A DNA stretch of 64,000 nt from contig OX597815.1 in NCBI GenBank assembly GCA_951406725.2, positions 142,724,001-142,788,000 on the forward strand. The letters are read 5' to 3'. Shown piece by piece: positions 55,588-64,000 of the stretch. The notes under the pieces are model-generated. The model did no database searches, was not told the DNA's origin, and saw nothing but the letters and a program-made list of their open reading frames with translations. The stretch is from Octopus vulgaris. Lineage: Eukaryota. A program made the position numbers and the translations under genes. Position 1 is the first letter of the stretch; each line of letters starts with the position of its first letter.

Positions 55588-56000
55588 CTAGCAGTATCGC
55601 CCGGCGTTGCTCGGGTTTGTAAGGGAAATAACTATATAAGCAATTTTAGAGAGTTACTTCCCTTATAGATGCCAATTCGGGCTTTCTTAGCCATTTCTGT
55701 TTTGGTATCTTCAAGCCATGAAGTCGTTGTTCTATAAGAACGCTGGTCTCCTTGACAACGCATTACGACATTGATTTCTTTACACTCCCTTCCCCACAGC
55801 TTCACGAGGGAGGGAAGGGGGAGAAGCAAACAGGTGCAGCTGTGAGCGTGGACGCCAACTCCGCCGCCATCGACACACGAAAAATTATGCATTAAAATGG
55901 AATAAAAAATGATGTTAAATTATTTTTTAAATCGTAGACTCATCGTTGACGCGCACTAATAGCCAGACGGGCTCGATATGAATCACGACTATAAGATTCC
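55588..56000 (-). mobile_element. Non-autonomous Helitron-like element, 3' end
   Basis: Minus strand ends cccgagcaacgccggg (GC hairpin, 55600-55615), 8 nt, CTAG (55588-55591), then T. This is the canonical Helitron 3' terminus. The 5' TC end was not found. Confidence 0.7.
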
Positions 56001-56103
56001 GACTATTTTTTTATATTAAGTGTAACTCACAATGTGTGTGTGTATGTGTGAATGTATGTATGTATGTATGTGTGTGATATATGTATGTATCTATGTATAT
56101 GTA

Positions 56104-56144
<41 letters not shown>

Positions 56145-57270
56145 TACGCATACATTGAGGTCAGACAGAAATAAAGTGAGATAAATACAGATAAAATACA
56201 ATCGGGGTGTCTTCATAAATTACAATTACGTTAATTTGCATGTGTCTTGGTGTAGATAATGGCCGAATTATGAAAGAAAGTTCTGCCTTGAAATCAATTC
56301 GTTGAAAGTTGTAATGATTTGTTTTCAATATAATTGTAAGTTCTTTAAAATAAATATACTATGTCAGATTCTCATGTGTTATCATCAATTCACACTGCGT
56401 TGTAACTGAGATTTTTTTCATGAAATATCCTTTTGTATCTCGTTATGAGAAGATTTCAACTTAATATAGATTCATTCAAGATAGCGTTCGCTTAACTAAA
56501 CGAAGTTCTCTAAGTTTGGTGCATAGTTCATATAATATTCACTTGCATATCTACATGTAATTAAAACTTACTAACTATCAAACGAGAATCTAGACATAAT
56601 GCATTTGATTTTGTAAGAATTTACGAATTATTTTTGCTTTATAAATCTACCAGTTTTACGATACATTTGAACCAGCCCTTGAGGTATAATCTGAAGATAC
56701 AATGAAATAAATATAGAAAGATTTGCCATTAATCCTTATAGTTCCAGTTTAATTTAACAGCAACAAATCTTTCATTTTAACCGACAAAATAGTTGCTATT
56801 AAGTGTCAAAAAGGCGAAAGTGATGGTGTCGGTGGAATCCATGGCTGAAAATAATATGAATTTGACAATGTTTGGAAATGTTGCCGACGTATTGGATATT
56901 GACGCTATTGGCACCAGCAGAAAAACAATTAATCTTCAAACTAGATCAACAGGAAAACAATATCGGTTGATGTAAAGAATACGTAGTGCGATAAAAATAG
57001 GTTTTTTTTTTCAAGTTTTCATGGAATTCCGTTTTCACTGCTTCCATCCTCCTAAACAAAGCCACTAAACTGTCAATGCACCGTTAAAATATTTCAGAGC
57101 ATTTCAGTCGTACTCAATCGTCTGTTTACCCGTTGTAGGTTTATCTGTTATTATATTACAGCATATTAATTGATCTTGTTCGTGAGTCATATCAGATAGT
57201 GAAATATATGTGTGTGTATGAGCCAAATGTGTATATGCTTGCACGTATGTATAATTATATACATATATGA

Positions 57271-57337
<67 letters not shown>

Positions 57338-57425
57338 AGCATAAGATAAAAGCATTACGAAGAATATATTATTAATAAATAAGATTATTTATGAATATAT
57401 CATTGGCCAAACATGTATTCATAAA

Positions 57426-57604
57426 ATAGAAGAAAAACGTATATAATTATGAACAAGTCACAATTATAACTAAGAGGATTGAAAAAACCTTTGCATTTAA
57501 TAATGGCTTCATAATGGTTTTGGCTTTTCTAACATGTAAAGGTGTTTTCAACCCTCTTAGTAATAATTGTGACTTGTTCATAATTATATACATTTTTCTT
57601 CTAT
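57426..57604. repeat. Inverted repeat, ~70-bp arms, ~30-bp loop
   Basis: tagaagaaaaacgtatataattatgaacaagtcacaatta... pairs with ...taattgtgacttgttcataattatatacatttttcttcta, with a few mismatches. Confidence 0.9.
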
Positions 57605-57640
57605 ATACAAAAATGAAAATGCTATTTTTTTCTTCTATAT

Positions 57641-58038
57641 ACAAGAACGAAAATGATACTTTCTTAAAATTGGGTACATTTTAATTTTCATTTTACATGA
57701 TTCGGGTTTTGAAAAACTTTATCAAAAATATGTACAAAAAGGAATATGTAAAGAGAAAAGAACTATTAAAAAAAAATTAAGGTTAACATTCACAGTTTAC
57801 TTTCTTTTTCCTGCAAGAACACGTTATAATATCCTTTGGTTCGTGTAGCATGACAAGTTCAAATGACTAAGAATGTTAATCTTACTTTAAATTTTAATTC
57901 AATTTTTTAAATAGTTCTTTTCTCTTTACATATTCCATTTTAGCACATAAATTTTGATAAGGCTTTTCAAAACCCGAAACATGTAAAAGGAAAACTAAAA
58001 TGTACCCAATTTTAAGAAAGTAACATTTTCGTTCTTGT
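57641..58038. mobile_element. Inverted pair of Penelope pLTR fragments (~150-bp arms), each with a U3-A8 hammerhead-like motif
   Basis: Arms about 57641-57791 and 57871-58038 are diverged reverse complements. Right arm: att-ttgataa-ggcttttcaaaaccc-gaaa-catgt-a-aaa (57951-57988). Confidence 0.75.
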
Positions 58039-58137
58039 CTTCATAAATATCTCCTTACTCGTGTGTTACCTCTACAAATCTTTTCATATATATATATATA
58101 TATTTGAAAATATTATATATATATATATATATATATA

Positions 58138-59256
58138 TTAGAAGAAATAAGGTACTCAGAAATCTGGTTGGTTTTATATTTACAGATATTTATTAATATG
58201 ACATGTTTTTATAAATCATATATCTCATATATTAGCGCTTGCATCCACATCTAGTGGAGTCGTCAGATTGAACTTTTTCAAGAATTTTGTCTCTTTTTAT
58301 AGTATTATTGAGTGTGTAGGGGGTGGAGAGAGATATAAGTTAGTACAAGAGGGTGAGGAATGGGGAGAAAGTGAGAGAGAGTGCTTGTACGTATGTGTAT
58401 GTATGTGTGTGAGCTTTTGTATCTGAAAGGAATGTCAATGGAAAAGAGAAGGAAAGGAAGAAGGAAGAGAGAAAGAAGACAAATGTGTTAACATCTTTGC
58501 AGCTGGTCGGTTCTTTCAATATAAAATGATTCTTGGCTTTTAGAAATGGCAAACCAAGGTGATCACTTCAAGGGAGGGAAAATGTTTAAAAAAATTGTCT
58601 GGATTTCTTTTTATCATTGTTTTGTGAGAGTGTGTGTGTATATGCGCGCGTGTGTGTGGGTGCCTGTGTATCTGAAAGTGGTGTCAATGAAAAAGAGAAG
58701 GAAATAAAGAAGGAAGAGAGGAAGAAGAAATAATTGTGTTGACATCTTTGCAGCTGTTCAGTTCTTTCAATCCAATGTTTGATTCCTGTGCTAATATGGG
58801 TTGGAAAATCTGGATGTAAGATTGTTTTTATTTATGTATATGTACATATGTGTAGTGCTATGTGTATGTATGTGTGTGTGTGTTTAATACAAAATTGGTC
58901 CTTCATCTGGTGCAAATTATTATACAAATATTTTCAGCCATTCAACTTGGGGGAGAACTTTGTTATGAAGTATTTTTCCATATTTGTCCTGAAGTAGTCA
59001 TTCCTTGAGCATTTATAGAAGGGAACTAGATGAAGGACCAATTTTGTAAAGTAAATTGTATTAAACGCACACACACACATATACACACACACAGCACTAC
59101 ACATATGTACATGTACATAAATAAAAACAATCTTACATCCAGATTTTCCAACCCATATTAGCACAGGAATCAAACATTGGATTAAAAAAACTGAACAGTG
59201 GTATAAATGTCAACACAACGATTTCTTCTTCCTCTCATCCTTCTTTCTTTCCTTCT
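58138..59256 (-). mobile_element. Neptune-type Penelope 3' fragment with pLTR, internal direct repeat and inverted 5' duplication
   Basis: Minus-strand ORF end PFYKCSRNDYFRTNMEKYFITKFSPKLNG* (58934-59025) parallels PLYK...KELYFIKKFRPSLN at 30.9 kb. Decayed hammerhead ctgacga-ctccac(tagat)gtggat-gcaa-gcgc-ta at about 58232-58270. Direct repeat 58418-58520 / 58668-58770. Ends at (TA)n. Confidence 0.8.
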
Positions 59257-59339
59257 GGCGTAAGAGGATGCTCCCGGTACAGACGAGGTGTTGCTAATCG
59301 ATGTCGCATTTTGAATCTTTTAGAGGAATATTTGTGTTG

Positions 59340-60140
59340 GTATGTCATGGATTTGAGTGCATAGAATGTGACTAGCAGAATCTTTCTCCGATTACGATAT
59401 CCAGATAATTTCTCTTGGTCTCTCTTAAATGATATCACTGTTACTTTATTAGTTTGACCTTTTCATTTTGGCATAAAGTGCAAGCTTCAGAAGTTATCGA
59501 AATATTGGGCGAATTACTAGCAATTTCAGATCCCCGATCCCCCAATGTCCATACTAATTGAGATATAGTTGTAAAATTTGCACTTACCTGGATGGGATTA
59601 AAATACTCGTAATAAAAAAATTCAATGCAGTTGAGGGGACAATTCCTATAAATACTGTAAATTTGGCCGGATGTGTGAAACATGCTCAAATATATTATTT
59701 CTTTGTAAAAATGAGTGGGAAGGCTGCAAGATATTTGAAATTATATGTTAGCTATTGTGGCTGTATCAGTTTTCAATGGTAGTGAGGGATCTAAGAATAG
59801 ATTTTTTTCCCTCGGTAAGTGTAGGCACCTTTGATGTTATTGATGTTGGGAGCTTGTAGTAAGAGTATGACGACGGAAAATGTTGCCCTGAAAAAAATAG
59901 AAATTTACTAGTTATTCTCCTGATTATATCCATGTTGAATGGAAGATTAAAGAAGGCTGCATTCCTTTTCAGTAGTATGAAAATATGCTTCTTATATACA
60001 AGATTCTCGTTAAAACGGCTTCTAGTCATATCTTCGATGTAGCCTGAGACAGCCTTGTTAAAGAGAATTGTTGTTATTCGAGGATAGGTCACAGCTTCTC
60101 ATAGTTATTTCACCAATAAGATTCCTAATTAAGCCCGGAG
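59340..60140 (-). mobile_element. Decayed Penelope-like element, Naiad-like C-terminal region
   Basis: KRNAAFFNLPFNMDIIRRITSKFL..GQHFP (compare RNIIWFNPP...FL...HFP), NCPLN, ACTLCQNEK and YRNRRKILL. Many stops and frameshifts. Confidence 0.7.
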
Positions 60141-60499
60141 GATATTTAGAAATTCTGAATATGTATTGGGTGTTCATATTTAGATTGCGGTACACGCGTT
60201 TACCTCTTTAAATTCAATGTAATGCTCAAGAAATAAGCTATTATTAAGATAGTTGCATTTATTTGTGTATAAATGAGAATCCTTAGAAATAAAGGACATA
60301 ACACCTGTGACTAATAGTATCAGGTCGAATGGCGCATTTCCATCACATCACAACAAATAGAGATGAAAGATATAGGTTATCTCCATTAAAAGTTGTAAAA
60401 TTCGTTGAATTACAACAGAGGCTGCTAAAGTTTTTTTAATATCTAATGTAAGTGAAACCTTACATGTCAAAAGAAATTTGCATGTATGTATCTATCTAT

Positions 60500-60568
<69 letters not shown>

Positions 60569-60589
60569 CATATACTTATATATATATAT

Positions 60590-61463
60590 AGTGTGCGGTG
60601 AATATCGTGTCGTCTATATTATGGAAAAATGAAAATGACACTGACATCTCATTTTAACTGATATATTTACCAAAGTTACAAAATTACTAAAGAGTAAATT
60701 TATTCATTAAAATCGCCAGTGATTTCAACCACGTCCCCCAGAGAACTTCGGAATCTCCTGCAACTCTTCTGGACTGTCTCCTTGATTAAGTTGGCGAATG
60801 CTGTCATAATCCTTGTCTTCAGTTCATCTTTGCTGCTACAAGGAGTTTTGTTGGTCTCTCGCTCAACAACGCCCCACACATAATAATCAGGAGGTTTGCA
60901 GTCTGGGGAAATAAGTGGCTAGATGTTAGGTGTGATGTGGTCGCAGAAATTGTCTGACAGCCATAACTGGTTTCTCCTACTTGTGTGGCATGGTGCAGAG
61001 TCCTGTTGCCAGAATAGGGTCTTCTAGTACCCACTCTCTAGACGTAGGGCATCACTACCTCCTCAGGCACTTGATGTAGACCTCCGTGTTGAGTGTGATG
61101 CCGTATGGGAAGATGAATGGAGACATAGCCATCACTAGTGATCAATCCAAACACCATAATATCTACGGCATGTTTGATGTTTGATTTTCTATCACTTTCA
61201 GTATATGTTTTAGGCACACGGCAAGCGAACGGTTGTTCTGTGTGTTCGCCTCTGTTCATATTGGAACTTCCGGCGCGAATGCCAAGGAGTATAGCATGTC
61301 GTTTCCAAATATCTGACTGGGGAAATTGCGTCATGGTGCTATTTTCTCACAGACGGTACCCAACTAACCCTACTATACTGTGTAGTCGACAAAATCAAAA
61401 ACAAACAATGCGCTTGCGCGAAATTAAAAATATTAATTGCCGACAATTTACTCATTGTACCTA
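60590..61463 (-). mobile_element. DD37D (maT) non-autonomous transposon, subfamily B, both ends present
   Basis: Minus strand WQQD-SAPCHTSRRNQLWLSDNFCDHITPNI*PLISPDCKPP-DYYVW: I count 37 residues between the second and third catalytic D. Start MTQFPQSDIWKRHA. Degenerate TIRs at both ends, each flanked by TA. Confidence 0.9.
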
Positions 61464-61496
61464 TATGTATATCTATATATGTATGTATGTATATAA

Positions 61497-61530
<34 letters not shown>

Positions 61531-63068
61531 GGAGAAATACTTGACTGTGAGTTTCATATATATAACTACATACATATACATACAAATATATCTATGTACG
61601 TGTATACATATATATATATATGTGTGTGTGTATGTATGTATGTATAGCTCTTACACATACATACACCCCTCCACTCACTCATATGTATTAACGTATGTAT
61701 GCATAAATATGCTGCTGTTTGTATCTGTCTACCTTTGTATTTGTGCATGTTTTCTACTGCGTTAATAAAATATGATTTCACATACTTCGTTTTTATTAGT
61801 ATTTTTAAGAGTCGGTGAAGCAACTTTCGTCTCTCGAATAGAAAGGTTTCATCTTGCGCACAACAGACCAAAAAGGAAATAATATCAACAAGAAGAGGCA
61901 TGGATAACAAATTTGATAAAGTATCACCGCCTGAAATAATTTATTATTGAATCGACTGGGAGATTGTGTTGTGTTCTTGAGAACTTTCCCGAAGGCCATC
62001 TTGCTAGGGATATTTTTGAAAAACATTCTATACTTGTGGGATATTTTGTTGTAAATTTGGTCATTGAAATATTTATCTGCTGCCAAAATAAGATCCAAAA
62101 GGTAACATGTACAATATGTATCTGTGTACGTGTACGTTTCTGTGTGTGAGTATATATGTGTGTGCGAGAGAGACAGATTGACAGAGAGAAAGAGGGAGAG
62201 ATCGAAGGAGAGAGAATCTGTTCGTGAGTGGTTATGCGCTTGTAAGACTGTGTGTGTATATGTATGTATATAGCCATAGACGCACATATCTATGCGTTTG
62301 AGTGTGAAGAACAAAAAATAACTACCTGCAAGAAAGATAAGAGAATGAAGACATAAAAAACATAACTTTTTTCAGATGAAAAAATGATTTGATCGATGAA
62401 CAGAACGCCTATCTGTAAATAAAATTGATACTGTCCTTCTATAAATCTATTTTTACTTCAGTTAGCGAAGATAAATTACTTTCTTCTACATCACTAGCCC
62501 TCCCTCTAACTACCCTCACATCAACTTCTATTTTCATCTACCCTATATTTATACGTCGTGCTGTAGCTCCTCCACTTTCCGCTTTCTTTTCCCCTGTTTA
62601 TATGTGTGAGTGTTCACTGGTGTTTGTGTGTGTACATATATGTATACATATATATATATATATATATATATGCATTTATGCATATGTGTGCATGTGTCTG
62701 TATATATATATATTCATGGATGACTGACTGTATACATGTGTAAGTATATGTATCTTTAGCTGTCTATCTATATATTCACTATATATTCATGTATATATAT
62801 CTAGTTCTCTCTCCCTCTGTCTATATATCTGTATCTTATTATATATGTACAATATATCTTTGCATTTATCTATTTCTCCCTTCCCCTTTATATATTTCTT
62901 TGTTTTTAACTACAACTCTCACTATATATCTATTTATCTATTGGTTTCTCTCACACATACTCTCAGTATCTCTCCGTATTTATCAATGTCTGCTTGTATA
63001 TACCTGTTTCTGTATCAATTTTTTGTTCTCATTCCTACCTTCTTCTTCATTCATGTATGCCTTTCACC

Positions 63069-63109
<41 letters not shown>

Positions 63110-64000
63110 CTAATATAATATTATATTATATTACATTTTCTCTCTCCCTCCCTCTATCTCTCTCTATATATCTATATCTATCCCTTTATATGAATTCATA
63201 TATCTATATCTAAGGTACAGATATTTTTTTGTATTTTCTCACTAACCCACCGATTATCTTCCACCGATGCACATAGAGATGCACACCCATATCTCTATAA
63301 TATAATATTCATATATACATATATCTATAACTAAGGTGTATATGCGTGCATATGTACATAAGATCCTGCATGCAATCGAGAATTTGTGACCTCAGTAAGT
63401 ACATATTCACACTTATTAAAATACGAACACATGAAATGTTCACACGTGCATATACGATCGAAACACAAATATTTACACTTGCAAAGGTATAGTAACTTTC
63501 GATGGTGAATACGTATGTTCAAACCTGCATCTATACATAAATAGTTTCATAACAATATATGTATATATACATATATATACATGTATATATATTTACATAT
63601 ATATACATTGAAAAGGAACACATGAGTTGATATGAATGGGAAAAAAGTCAAGGTTGAAGATGCTAAAATAATTTTATAAAAGACATTTATGTATCGGTTT
63701 CAGTCATTGAGACATTTTTAACTTTAAGTATGGAAAAGAACTGAATTGTATTCAAATACAAGGGGTATTTTCCTTGTTTTTGCTTGTCTCTGTTTCTCTT
63801 GTTTATTTTGGGGGTTTCGAATCCACAACGACCTCGAACCCACAAGAGTAAACAAGGGAGACAGAGACAGGTATAAACAAGGAAAATGCTCCTTGTATTT
63901 GAATACTATGCAAATATTCATTCAAAAAACTTTTCTTTTAATTTTTCCAAAATTTAACTCTTTTCCATACTAACAGTTGAAAAGGTCTCAATGACTGAAA

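Noticed and set aside
62320-62350. Minus-strand ttctcttatctttcttgcag|gtagtt AG-GT site
   Set aside because: Weak donor, on the opposite strand to the other candidates. It shows such motifs arise by chance here and tempers the recursive-splicing idea.

Overview
This is eukaryotic, AT-rich, repeat-dense DNA, not prokaryotic. The SINE repertoire, (TA)n/(CATA)n/(GATA)n density and transposon mix look like an octopod cephalopod (Octopus-like; inferred from memory of these families, not database-checked). I find no intact host protein-coding gene. Nearly all long ORFs in the track are microsatellite translations or transposon remnants, so the window reads as a very large intron or gene desert. Identifiable content: a 5'-truncated L1/Tx1 LINE, several R4/Dong (REL-endonuclease) LINE fragments, a CR1-type RT fragment, at least four Penelope-like (GIY-YIG) elements plus pLTR fragments, four DD37D/maT and one mariner-type DNA transposon remnants, a Helitron-like 3' end and about 15 tRNA-derived SINE pieces. 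The most notable observations are: (1) Penelope pLTR-borne minimal hammerhead motifs with a compensatory U3-A8 core (UUGAUAA) in two different elements; (2) signs that Tx1, Dong and Penelope elements here each insert into microsatellites, including a ~19-nt Tx1-like insertion with a 16-bp TSD; (3) four long fold-back inverted repeats between 54.9 and 59.3 kb; (4) plus-strand splice-signal candidates, namely a 6-nt microexon with upstream UGC motifs and a recursive-splice-site/RS-exon-like arrangement. All of these need computational or experimental confirmation.
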